Source of the DNA: Candidatus Xenobia bacterium
Lineage (GTDB): Bacteria; Vulcanimicrobiota; Xenobia; Xenobiales; QWHO01
DNA length: 64,000 bases
Assembly (NCBI GenBank): GCA_045863235.1
Contig: BTUM01000022.1
Span: 28,158 to 92,157 of the forward strand
Direction: 5' to 3'
The translations under genes were made by a program, and so were the position numbers. The notes beneath the pieces were generated by a model. That model was not told the origin of the DNA. It ran no database searches and saw nothing but the letters and a program-made list of their open reading frames with translations. Positions 53,226 to 61,891 of the stretch are shown piece by piece (the first letter of the stretch is position 1; the number at the start of each line of letters is the position of its first letter).

Positions 53226-55685
53226 TCAATCCCACCAGAAGAAGAGCTGGTCGCTCTTCTTGAGCTGGCGGGCCAACTCTTGGACCGTGCCGCAGCCCTG
53301 GTCCACGATGTCGGGGCAGAACGCATACATCCGCTCGGCCAGGCCCTTCGGGTCGCGCACCGGCTCGAGGAAGCGCCCACCCAGCGAGTCGGGGGCGATC
53401 ATGGTCAACACGAAAGGCTGCTCGGCCTGGAGCTCGCGCAGCCATTCCAGGATGTCGTCGGTGCCCAGCGAGCAGTTGCTTCCATCGGTCTGCACCGCCG
53501 CGATCACCTCAAAGGGGTCCTTCGTGGCCGCAGCCAGGAGGGCGCTCTTGCGGTTCGAGTCCCAGCACACGAAGCAACCCCGGGGGGAGAGCTCGCCTTG
53601 CAGCTCTTCCAGCTTCAGCTCCGGCAGGCATTTGGTCTGGACGTGGACCCGATAGAGGCCGGGGGCCTCCTCGCTGGGCTGGCTCCCGCAGCGCGCAGCC
53701 AGGTCGCCCAGGGCGGCTCGGAACCCCCTGGAGGGCTTGAAGCGGGGCACAGGCACCGAGCGCGGAACGCGCCTGGGCGCTGCAGGCTCGAGCGGGGGGG
53801 CCTCGGACGCACCCAGCGACTCCAGCCAGCGCACCATCTCCAGCCTTTCGTAGAGTCGGGCTACCGCCAGGGCCGTGGCGTCCCCGTGAGCTTGAGCCGG
53901 GTCAGCTCCGGCGGCAACCAGCTTTCGGGCGGCCTCCAACTGGCCGTAGCGGGCCGCCTCCATCAGGGGAGGCCCCATCAGCCCTGGCCGACCCGTGTCA
54001 GCCCCGGCCCGCAGCAACGCCTCCACGATCGGCACGACCGTTTCGCCAGGCAGTGGGAGCAGAGCCTCGGCGCCCCGCTCGGAATAGCGGGCGATGGCTC
54101 CGGCCGGGACCGTTCCCTCCAGGGGATGCCAGAGACAGGCGCTCACCGCCGCCACCAACGGCGTCTGCTTGGAGCGGCTGGTCTGGTTGGGATCGGCTCC
54201 AGCGGCCAAGAGCCGCTCGACCAGTTGGCCGTCCCCCGCCTCGCAGGCGGCCACCAGGGCGCTCCCGGCGGGCCGGCCCTTGCTTCGTTGCAGCAGGTAG
54301 TCCACCACTTCCCGGTGCCCCCCCTGCGTGGCCAGCTCCAGAGCCGTGGCACCGCCGGGCCCCTTCTTCTTCAGGTCGGCTCCCTTCTCGGCCAGCACTC
54401 GCACCAGCTCCAAGTGGCCCGCTTGGCAGGCCAGCAGGAATGGGGTCCAGCCAAGCGCGTCCTTGACCTCTACCGGCGCGCCGGCCTCGAGCAGGGCGCG
54501 CGCCACCTCGAGGTGAGCGCCCTCCACGGCTCGGGTCAGGGCCGGGCGGCCCAGGCACACCCCGGCCAGGGCTTCCTCGCCCGCCTCCGCGCCGATCCAG
54601 CGGGCGGCTTTGTCGGGTGGACCGTCCAGCAGCCCAGGGTCAGCGCCTGCGTGCAGCAGCGTCTGCACCGCTTCGCGGTGACCGCCCCGGGCGGCCAGCA
54701 TCAGGGGCGTCCAGCCCTGCGTGGCCCGGCGCTGATCGCGCGTCTCGATCGGGGCTCCGTCATCCAGCAGACTGCGCAGCATCGCGGTTTCCCCCTCCTG
54801 AGCGGCCAGAAGGAGCTGCTCGGCAGGGGTGCGTCGCTCGCTGGTCACCCCGAACTCGGCCAGCACCGCGCGGAGCTCGGGGTTGGCCAGCTCGAAGGCG
54901 GAGCGGCCCTGGCTGTCGCGTTTGTCGGCCAGGGCCCCGGCAGCCAGGAGCAGCCGGGCCGCCCGCGCGTGGCCGCCCAGAATGGCCGCCAGGAGCGGCG
55001 GCGCCTTGACCTGGTTGGTCTTCAGCAGGCCCGGCTCGTCGGGATCAGCCCCGGCCTCGAGCAGTGCCTTCATCACCTCGTCGCGCCCCTGCTCGGCCGC
55101 CAGCACCAGGGGCGGCAGCCTGCCAAACCGGGGAGTGTGCCGCGGGTTGGCCCCGGCCCCGAGCAGGGCCAGCGCCAGCCCGTCGTGGCCGCCCGCGAGC
55201 GCCGACAAGAGGGGAGTGGAGATGCTGCTGCCGGCGTCGGGATCGGCTCCTGCCCGCAGCAACCGCTCGGCCACCTCAAGGTGGCCCAGAGCGCAGGCGA
55301 CCTGAAGCGGAGTGCCCGAGGGCGCCACCATGTTGACGTCCGCCCCCTGAGCGATGAGGGCCTCGACCGTGGCCAGCCGCCCCGTTCGGGCCGCCCACAC
55401 CAGCCCCTGATCGCGCCCGTCCGCGCCGGCCTCGATGAGGGCGCAGCGCAGGTCATCGCGGCGGTGGTGGACCAGCTCGAGCGCGCTCCGTTTCCCCTTG
55501 CGCGCGTTGGGGTTAGCCCCGGCCGCCAGGAGCTCCTGGACTCTTACGAGCGAGTTGGACTCGATGGCCTCGATCAGCTCCTGCTCCAGCACGGCGCTCG
55601 TTTCGTGTTCTCCCGGAGGAGCCCCTCCGGCCTCCAAGGCCGGTGCAGGGCTTCCGGGGACGGTACCCCGCCCCGCTCGATGCAA
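53226..55685 (-). CDS. Ankyrin-repeat protein with C-terminal DUF4253-like domain
   Basis: About 15 or more ANK units (e.g. GWTPLMLAARGGHREAVQTLLHAGADP). The C-terminal about 130 aa ...FEVIAAVQTDGSNCSLGTDDILEWLREL...MYAFCPDIVDQGCGTVQELARQLKKSDQLFFWWD resembles DUF4253 as I recall it. The 1109-aa antisense ORF 52704..56033 is rejected. Confidence 0.8.
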   Translation of the reverse strand: MHRAGRGTVPGSPAPALEAGGAPPGEHETSAVLEQELIEAIESNSLVRVQELLAAGANPNARKGKRSALELVHHRRDDLRCALIEAGADGRDQGLVWAARTGRLATVEALIAQGADVNMVAPSGTPLQVACALGHLEVAERLLRAGADPDAGSSISTPLLSALAGGHDGLALALLGAGANPRHTPRFGRLPPLVLAAEQGRDEVMKALLEAGADPDEPGLLKTNQVKAPPLLAAILGGHARAARLLLAAGALADKRDSQGRSAFELANPELRAVLAEFGVTSERRTPAEQLLLAAQEGETAMLRSLLDDGAPIETRDQRRATQGWTPLMLAARGGHREAVQTLLHAGADPGLLDGPPDKAARWIGAEAGEEALAGVCLGRPALTRAVEGAHLEVARALLEAGAPVEVKDALGWTPFLLACQAGHLELVRVLAEKGADLKKKGPGGATALELATQGGHREVVDYLLQRSKGRPAGSALVAACEAGDGQLVERLLAAGADPNQTSRSKQTPLVAAVSACLWHPLEGTVPAGAIARYSERGAEALLPLPGETVVPIVEALLRAGADTGRPGLMGPPLMEAARYGQLEAARKLVAAGADPAQAHGDATALAVARLYERLEMVRWLESLGASEAPPLEPAAPRRVPRSVPVPRFKPSRGFRAALGDLAARCGSQPSEEAPGLYRVHVQTKCLPELKLEELQGELSPRGCFVCWDSNRKSALLAAATKDPFEVIAAVQTDGSNCSLGTDDILEWLRELQAEQPFVLTMIAPDSLGGRFLEPVRDPKGLAERMYAFCPDIVDQGCGTVQELARQLKKSDQLFFWWD

Positions 55686-55858
55686 CTCGTTCCGGGCCCT
55701 TCCAGCCAGCGTGATCTCCCGTCATCGCGGACCCCGAGGCAGCTCCGGGCACCGGCAGCCTTCGGGCCAGAGCAGATCCGACAGCTGGGCGGACCTTCCG
55801 ATGCGTTAGCCCGAGTTGACGAAGGGACCACCCCGCCCACCCCGAAGCCCAGCGCCCC

Positions 55859-57964
55859 ATGCGCCGATTGCTCTTCGTACTCTTCTTCCTCACCCTGCCC
55901 GCCTGGCCCCAGGAGCTGGTGGGCGAAGGGATCGTCCGCTACACCTTCCCCGAGGGCGCCGCCTTGCCCCGCTCGCTGGCCCTGGAGAAAGAGCCCGAAT
56001 CCAGGGGCCCCGTTCCTCGGGCCTTCCCCCTGAAACCCGCCTTCACCACGGGCAAGGTCCAGATCCCGATCCCGCCCAGTGACCTCTACGCCACCGGCGA
56101 GGTCACCGGCCCGCTGCGCCGCAACGGCACCGCCATCGAGCTCTGGAACCACGACAACTACGGCTACACCGACTACGAGGGACGCAGGCTGTACCAGTCG
56201 CATCCCTGGGTGCTGGGCGTGCGGCCCGACGGCACCGCCTTTGGAGTGCTCTTCGACACCACCTGGCGCTCCGAGCTCAAGCTCACCGATGACGCCATCG
56301 ACTTCACCACCAGAGCCCCCCAACTGGCCGTCTACCTGATCGATCGCAAGAGCCCGCAGGCCGTGCTGCGCGGCCTGGCGGAGCTGACCGGCACCATCTC
56401 GCTCCCCCCGCGCTGGGCCCTGGGATTTCAGCAGTGCCGCTACTCCTATGCTCCCGCCCAGCAGGTCAAGGACATCGCCCTGGAGCTTCGCCAGCGCGAC
56501 ATCCCCTGCGACGTGATCTGGATGGACATCGACTACATGGATGGCTACCGGGTCTTCACCTTCGATCCCAAAGGCTTCCCCGACCCCCGGGGCCTGAGCG
56601 ACTTTCTCCACCAGCACGCCTTCAAGGGCATCTGGATGATCGACCCGGGCGTCAAGAAGGAAGTGGGCTACTTTGTCTACGACTCGGGCGACGACCACTA
56701 TGTCTGGGTGCGCGACGCCCAGGGCTCTCCCTACGTGGGCAAGGTGTGGCCGGGCGAGTGCCAGTTCCCGGACTTCACCCGTCCCGACGTGCGCCGCTGG
56801 TGGGCCGGGCTCTACAAGGACTTCCTGGCCCAGGGAGTGGACGGCGTGTGGAACGACATGAACGAGCCGGCCGTCTTTCCCCCCGAGGCGGTGGACAAGA
56901 GCATGCCCCCGGACGCCCGCCACGGCGGCGGCGACGGCCTGCCCCCCGGCCCCCACCTCCAGTACCACAATGTCTACGGGATGCTGATGGCTCGCGCCAC
57001 CCGCGAGGGGCTGCTGGCCGCCAGGCCGGAACGGCGCCCCTTCGTGCTGACCCGGGCCAACTATCTGGGCGGCCACCGCTATGCCGCCACCTGGACCGGG
57101 GACAACGTCTCCAAGTGGGACCACCTCAAGCTCTCGATTCCGATGAGCCTGAGCCTGAGCCTCTCGGGTCAGCCCTTCAACGGCCCCGACCTGGGGGGCT
57201 TCGGCGGCACCGCCACCCCCGAGCTGTGGGGCAACTGGGTGGGCTTCGGGGCCTTCTTTCCCTTCTGTCGAGCCCACTCGAGCAAGGACACGCCCCCCAA
57301 GGAGCCCTGGGCCTTCGGACCCGAGGTCGAGCAGGCCGCCCGTATCGCGCTCAGCCGCCGCTACCGCCTGATGCCCTACCTCTACACGCTATTCGAGCGC
57401 TCCTCGCGGCTGGGCGATCCGGTCATGCAGCCGGTCTTCTTCGCCGACCCGAAGAACGAGCGGCTGCGCACCGAGCAGCAGGCCTTCCTGCTCGGCCCCG
57501 ACCTGATGGTGGTGCCCCGCTGGGCCTCCGAGCCCGCCCTCCCGGACGGCTGGCGCGAGATCACTCTGGTGGAGGGCGACCACGGACCTTACCAGGCCCG
57601 CCTGTTGCAGCGTCCCGGCAGCATCATCGCGCTCGGGCGCGTGGTGGAGAGCACCGAGGAGCCCATGCTGGAGCCCCTCACCCTGAGCGTCTGCCTGGAT
57701 GGCAACGGCCAGGCCGAGGGCGAGCTCTACTGGGACGCCGGCGACGGCTTCGCCCACCAGAAGGGAGACTTCCGCCGCACCCTCTTCCGCGCTCGGCGAA
57801 CGAACGGCACGGTCCAGGTCGAGGAGCAGGTGCTCGGCGGCCAGCGCCCCCGCGACTTCTCCCGCGTCACCGGGGTGGTGTGGACCCGCTCCGGCCCGCG
57901 CGCCGGCTCGGCCGAGGCCGGCCAGCCGCTGGCCATCCCGCTCGAGGGCCCCTCGCGTCCCTGA
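55859..57964 (+). CDS. Glycoside hydrolase family 31 (alpha-glucosidase-like), secreted
   Basis: Signal MRRLLFVLFFLTLPAWP. DVIWMDIDYMDGYRVFTFD, nucleophile block GVWNDMNEP, and YHNVYG. Confidence 0.92.
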   Translation: MRRLLFVLFFLTLPAWPQELVGEGIVRYTFPEGAALPRSLALEKEPESRGPVPRAFPLKPAFTTGKVQIPIPPSDLYATGEVTGPLRRNGTAIELWNHDNYGYTDYEGRRLYQSHPWVLGVRPDGTAFGVLFDTTWRSELKLTDDAIDFTTRAPQLAVYLIDRKSPQAVLRGLAELTGTISLPPRWALGFQQCRYSYAPAQQVKDIALELRQRDIPCDVIWMDIDYMDGYRVFTFDPKGFPDPRGLSDFLHQHAFKGIWMIDPGVKKEVGYFVYDSGDDHYVWVRDAQGSPYVGKVWPGECQFPDFTRPDVRRWWAGLYKDFLAQGVDGVWNDMNEPAVFPPEAVDKSMPPDARHGGGDGLPPGPHLQYHNVYGMLMARATREGLLAARPERRPFVLTRANYLGGHRYAATWTGDNVSKWDHLKLSIPMSLSLSLSGQPFNGPDLGGFGGTATPELWGNWVGFGAFFPFCRAHSSKDTPPKEPWAFGPEVEQAARIALSRRYRLMPYLYTLFERSSRLGDPVMQPVFFADPKNERLRTEQQAFLLGPDLMVVPRWASEPALPDGWREITLVEGDHGPYQARLLQRPGSIIALGRVVESTEEPMLEPLTLSVCLDGNGQAEGELYWDAGDGFAHQKGDFRRTLFRARRTNGTVQVEEQVLGGQRPRDFSRVTGVVWTRSGPRAGSAEAGQPLAIPLEGPSRP

Positions 57965-58286
57965 GGTGGATCACCCTCGGCGCAGGCGCGCACCTCGGCC
58001 AACCAGGCCTGCGCGAGGATCCCTGGAGGTCGGCTCGATCCTGGAGACGTCTCATGCCTGCTCGAAGGGCCTCACCCCGGCCGCCTCGGGCTGGGGCCGG
58101 AAATCACCTGGCGTCGGTTTGGTCCCGCCTTGATGACCTCTTCCCACGACTCGGGCTCGTGTTCGATGCATTGCTCTGAATGAGCTTCGTTGCGCTCTTG
58201 CGTGTTTCGATTTTTGAACCGGCGGTTCAGAAAGTTTGTTCGCTTCTGACTGCTCCAGCTTGCGGGTTCTCGCTGGCAGCAACTCG

Positions 58287-58688
58287 ATGAACAGCGTGCC
58301 CCGGTCGGGTCTCGTGGACCGCATCCTCGACGCCTTCGACAATCCAACCCTCTTCGGTCGAGAAGGGTCGGGTCGAGTTGCGCGGTCTGGGCACCTACTA
58401 TCAGGAGCTTCAGAGTTTCCTGATGGCCGCACCGGAGACCAGGACGGCGATCCGTGTGGCGGTTTGCGCAAGATTCGGTGGCGCGATCCGAGGCGCGGGA
58501 AGGGGAAACGAGGTGGTCTGCGTGTCATCTATCTCCACATCCCGGAGGCCGCCCAGTTCCTGATGCTTGATGTCTACGACAAGGATGAAGCGGAGGATCT
58601 CAGTCCGCAAGAGCGCCGCTTCTTGTCGCAGCTGGCCGAGGAATACCGCGCCAAGGTGCTCGAGCGTCGGAGGAGGTCAGAGGAATGA
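58287..58688 (+). pseudogene. higB2: HigB-2-type (GGLRKIR...GKGKRGG) toxin gene, apparently frameshifted
   Basis: The C-terminal core in the track-ORF frame, CGGLRKIRWRDPRRGKGKRGGLRVIYLHIPEAAQFLMLDVYDKDEAEDLSPQERRFL, matches Vibrio HigB-2 (GTGGLRKIRVASKGKGKRGGSRIIYY...LTIYGKNEMSDL). The conserved preceding block (..YYQELQSFLMAAPETRTAI) is in a different frame (track ORF 58378..58563). The first block (AFDNPTLFGRE) is back in the first frame. That implies shifts near 58360-58380 and 58450-58460. Confidence 0.55.
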
Positions 58689-59017
58689 AGAAGCGAGCAA
58701 GACTCTTTGAGAGGATTAGCAGGGGACTCAAGCAGGGCATCGCCCATGAGCGAGGCGAGATGGAGCTTCGCGCAACGAGGCACCAGGTGCCCCTCCCGCC
58801 CCTGTCCCACGAGTATGGCCCGGAAGAGGTCCGCTCTCTTCGAGAGCGTCTCGGCATGGGCCAGAGCCAATTTGCTGCGATCTTTCTCGTATCTGTAAAG
58901 ACGGTCCAAAGTTGGGAGCAGGGAACTCGCTCTCCGTCTCCGACCGCTTCGCGCCTGCTTCAGTTGATCGAGGATCCAGGCGCAAGATTGGGTCTCCTAG
59001 AGCTGGCTGTCCGATAG
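58685..59017 (+). CDS. higA2: HigA-2-type HTH (XRE) antitoxin
   Basis: ATGA overlap with the toxin stop. ...VRSLRERLGMGQSQFAAIFLVSVKTVQSWEQGTRSPSPTASRLLQLIEDPG is the typical HTH plus an N-terminal extension. Confidence 0.8.
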   Translation: MKKRARLFERISRGLKQGIAHERGEMELRATRHQVPLPPLSHEYGPEEVRSLRERLGMGQSQFAAIFLVSVKTVQSWEQGTRSPSPTASRLLQLIEDPGARLGLLELAVR

Positions 59018-59265
59018 CCGGGACGGCGTTTTGGCGGTTCGTTGTCCCGTTCCCACCCCCCGGCTCATACCGCTCCCGGCCGCCGGGAACGCCCTCGTGG
59101 CGCACGCTTCTTGGCAGCGCTGAGCCCCACCGTTTGGCTGAGCCAGGTGCTGGGCGATCGTCCGTGACCGACGCGCGGGGCAAGTTCGCCACTTTCCTCT
59201 ACGAGAACAGCCATCTTTTGATTGGGCAGCAGGAATGTGGAATCATATATGGTATCATTTTACGT

Positions 59266-59691
59266 GTGATCGCCACACTTGATACCTCCATCCTGGTCGC
59301 CGGGCTACGCTCAGCAAACGGTGCGTCCCACCAGATTTTGAGATCTGGATTCGAGAAGGGCTTCCGGATGGCGGTCAGTGTTGCGCTCTTTCTGGAGTAT
59401 GAGGAGGTCTTAGCGCGACCAGAGCACTTACAGCCTGGCGGCCTAACAAGGCAGGACCTGGACGCCTTCTTGGATGCGCTTGCCGCCCTCTGCCTTCAGG
59501 TCTCGTCCATCCGCTATCGCTGGAGACCCGTACTCAACGATCCGGACGACGATCTGGTGGTCGAGTGCGCGGCAGCCAGTCAGAGTCATTATCTGGTGAC
59601 GCTAAACTACCGCGACTTCAGGCCTGTTCAGGGGAAGTTCTCGTTTCAAGTTCTACGTCCAGTCGATTTTCTCAAAATTCTCCGGAGGTGA
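59266..59691 (+). CDS. PIN-domain toxin (ribonuclease)
   Basis: GTG 59266: VIATLDTSILVAGL (first acidic residue), ...EYEEVL..., ...NDPDDDLVVECAAASQSHYLVTLNYRDF. In frame with track ORF 58912..59691. Confidence 0.78.
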   Translation: MIATLDTSILVAGLRSANGASHQILRSGFEKGFRMAVSVALFLEYEEVLARPEHLQPGGLTRQDLDAFLDALAALCLQVSSIRYRWRPVLNDPDDDLVVECAAASQSHYLVTLNYRDFRPVQGKFSFQVLRPVDFLKILRR

Positions 59692-59999
59692 TGTTCATGC
59701 CGCAGTATCCGCTTCGACTTCCAGAGGATCTCTACCAGAGGTCCCAGCACCTGGCCGACCAACAGGGAGTCTCGTTGAATCAGTTCTTTCTCTACGCCGT
59801 GGCCAACATGGCAGCGGAGATCGAGACGAGATCTTTCTTCCGTCAGCGTTCATCCCTGGCATCCGAGGAAGCCACCGCCATCGGACTCAGCGTTCTGGAC
59901 AAGGTCCCCAAGGTTGCTCCAGTGGCGGGGGACGAACTGCCAGAGCATGCAAAACCGAAGCGGGCCCCTTCACGCAAACCGACCCGCGCTAAGGGCTGA
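59691..59999 (+). CDS. HicB/RHH-type antitoxin
   Basis: ATG 59691 overlaps the PIN stop (GTGATG). MFMPQYPLRLPEDLYQRSQHLADQQGVSLNQFFLYAVANM is an RHH pattern (RLPxxL...A...GVSLNQ). Confidence 0.65.
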   Translation: MFMPQYPLRLPEDLYQRSQHLADQQGVSLNQFFLYAVANMAAEIETRSFFRQRSSLASEEATAIGLSVLDKVPKVAPVAGDELPEHAKPKRAPSRKPTRAKG

Positions 60000-60021
60000 T
60001 AGAACCGGTAGCGGGGCTGGC

Positions 60022-60056
60022 GCGCGGGAAGGGAAACGAGGTGGTCTGCGTGTCAT
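60022..60056 (+). repeat. 35-nt near-identical second copy of the higB-2 core (gcgcgggaag(g)ggaaacgaggtggtctgcgtgtcat)
   Basis: Matches 58493..58528 except for one missing g. It terminates immediately (..RVMIF*), so it is a toxin-gene remnant or direct repeat bracketing 58.5-60.0 kb. Confidence 0.85.
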
Positions 60057-60153
60057 GATTTTTTGAAGAATCATCATCAGGGGTGGCGGGCGGGCAACAG
60101 ACGGCGACGGGAGCTCCAGAGGGAGTTCACTCCTCTCAAACGTAGACCCCCCC

Positions 60154-60792
60154 ATGATCGACCTGAGCCACATCATCGAGGACGGCCTCGTGACCTACCC
60201 CGGCCTGCCCGCCCCGCATATCTGCGACTTCCTTTCGCGCGAGGCGTCGCGCCAGCACTACGCGGACGGCACCGAGTTCCAGATCGCTCGCATCGAGCTG
60301 GTGGCCAACACCGGAACGTATGTGGATGCGCCCTTTCATCGCTATGCCGACGGGGTGGACATCGCGGACCTGGCCCTGGAGCGGCTGGCCGACCTCCCGG
60401 GCATCGTCATCCGGACCGACCGTCCCGCCATCGATGCCAGCCTCTTTCAACACCTGAGCGTTCGAGGTAAAGCGGTCCTTGTCCAGACCGGCTGGGACCG
60501 GCACTGGGCCACGCCGACCTACCTGAGCGGCCACCCGTTCCTCACGCGCGACGCCGCCGCCTACCTCGTGGAGCAGGGAGCCGCCCTGGTGGGGATCGAC
60601 TCGCTCAACATCGACGACATCACCGACCAGGCGCGCCCGGTCCACTCCTTGCTCCTGGGCGCCGGCATCCCGATCGCCGAGCACCTGTGCAACCTGAGAG
60701 CGCTCCCCGAGGAAGGCTTCCGCTTCTTCGCGGTGCCCCCGCGCTTCCGTGGCGTCGGCACCTTCCCGGTGCGCGCCTTCGCCATGCAATGA
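60154..60792 (+). CDS. Cyclase-family protein (kynurenine formamidase-like fold) with atypical metal motif
   Basis: ELVANTGTYVDAPFHRY aligns with the family HxGTHxDxPxH block, but the first two His are N and Y here. ...VLVQTGWDRHW..., ...VGIDSLNID.... Confidence 0.75.
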   Translation: MIDLSHIIEDGLVTYPGLPAPHICDFLSREASRQHYADGTEFQIARIELVANTGTYVDAPFHRYADGVDIADLALERLADLPGIVIRTDRPAIDASLFQHLSVRGKAVLVQTGWDRHWATPTYLSGHPFLTRDAAAYLVEQGAALVGIDSLNIDDITDQARPVHSLLLGAGIPIAEHLCNLRALPEEGFRFFAVPPRFRGVGTFPVRAFAMQ

Positions 60793-60799
60793 GAGACGT

Positions 60800-61795
60800 T
60801 TACTCCAGCACGATGCGCTTGACGTTCCCCTGCTTGGTGGTCAGCACCAGGTTGCCGTCGGGAGCCTGGTTGACCTCGCCTTCGGGCAACGAGAGCTCTT
60901 GCACCACCTGGCCCGACTCGCCGTCCAGCGCCTTGAGGCCGTCGCGGTGGTGCACGAACACGGTGCCGTCCTGGTGCACAAAGGTCTTGTCCACCGGCCT
61001 GCCCAGGTCGTGGCTCCACTGCACCTTGCCGCTGGCCACGTCCAGCGAGGTGACCTGCCCCTTGAACGTGCTGGCCACAACCTCTCCGTGCGCACCGGGA
61101 GCGGGGTTGTTCACGTAGGGCTGGCCGGCCTTGAACTGCCAGCGGGTCACTCCGGAAGGATCCAGAGCCGTCAGGGTGCCCCCGAAACCGACCGAGTAGA
61201 CCATGCCGTCCGGTCCGAGAACTGGCTGGTGCTGGGACCCGCCCGCCTCGACCCGGGTGGACCAGGTCAGCGTCCCGACGGGAGAGATGTTGTAGAGCTT
61301 GCCTTCCTGGGTCTGAGCCAGCACGCCCCCCTCGGGCGTGATCGTCAGGCCGGTGGCGTTCTTGACCGGCAGGTTGTGGGCCAGGTCGATGGTCTCGTCC
61401 TCGGGCTTGATCCAGGTGAGCGAGTTGCGCCCGCCCACGATCATCGTCTCCTCGGAGATGGCCAGCGCTCCCGGGTAGCCGTTGGGGGTGTAGATCCAGC
61501 GCCGCTCTCCGGTGGCCGGGTCGGTGCCCGCCAGAGAGCCGTCCACGGTTCGCACGATGGGCGATCCGTCCAGCTGGCCCTCCAGCGTACCCTGGTGGTG
61601 CACGTTGACCGTGCTCAGGGTCGAGCCCGTTTTCTGGTCGATCCGGTGAACCTGGCAGCGCGCGTCGTCGAAGCTGCCCAGCACCACCTCGTCCTCGGTC
61701 AGTGCGGGCTTGCCATACAGCGTCTTGCCCAGGTCCACGCTCCAGTCCACGCGCGCGCGAGCGGCGGCCTGGGGAGCGTTGAAGACGTTGAGCAT
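60800..61795 (-). CDS. PQQ-like/BamB-like beta-propeller repeat protein (no signal peptide seen)
   Basis: Repeated ...G.l.aLD..tG...W... blades (TLTALDPSGVTRWQF, VTSLDVASGKVQWSH, LKALDGESGQVV). The other two overlapping ORFs have artefact composition. Confidence 0.72.
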   Translation of the reverse strand: MLNVFNAPQAAARARVDWSVDLGKTLYGKPALTEDEVVLGSFDDARCQVHRIDQKTGSTLSTVNVHHQGTLEGQLDGSPIVRTVDGSLAGTDPATGERRWIYTPNGYPGALAISEETMIVGGRNSLTWIKPEDETIDLAHNLPVKNATGLTITPEGGVLAQTQEGKLYNISPVGTLTWSTRVEAGGSQHQPVLGPDGMVYSVGFGGTLTALDPSGVTRWQFKAGQPYVNNPAPGAHGEVVASTFKGQVTSLDVASGKVQWSHDLGRPVDKTFVHQDGTVFVHHRDGLKALDGESGQVVQELSLPEGEVNQAPDGNLVLTTKQGNVKRIVLE

Positions 61796-61891
61796 GCATC
61801 CTCCAAAAACAGGTTCTTGTCACCACTCTACCCATGCTTTCTGAAAAACTATCGAAAAGGGGCGGCGCGGCGGGGGTCGTAACCTCCGCCC

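Noticed and set aside
52704-56033. 1109-aa ORF on the + strand, the longest in the track
   Set aside because: It is antisense to the sirtuin and ankyrin/DUF4253 genes, which have unmistakable motifs. Its composition is G/R/P/A/Q/L-rich with no motifs, the typical high-GC antisense artefact.
58052-58347. Minus-strand ORFs upstream of the higB-2 remnant (58072..58347, 58052..58528) as another TA component
   Set aside because: I recognised no family motif. The pieces are split across frames and partly antisense to the toxin remnant. The region is probably non-coding or too decayed to call.
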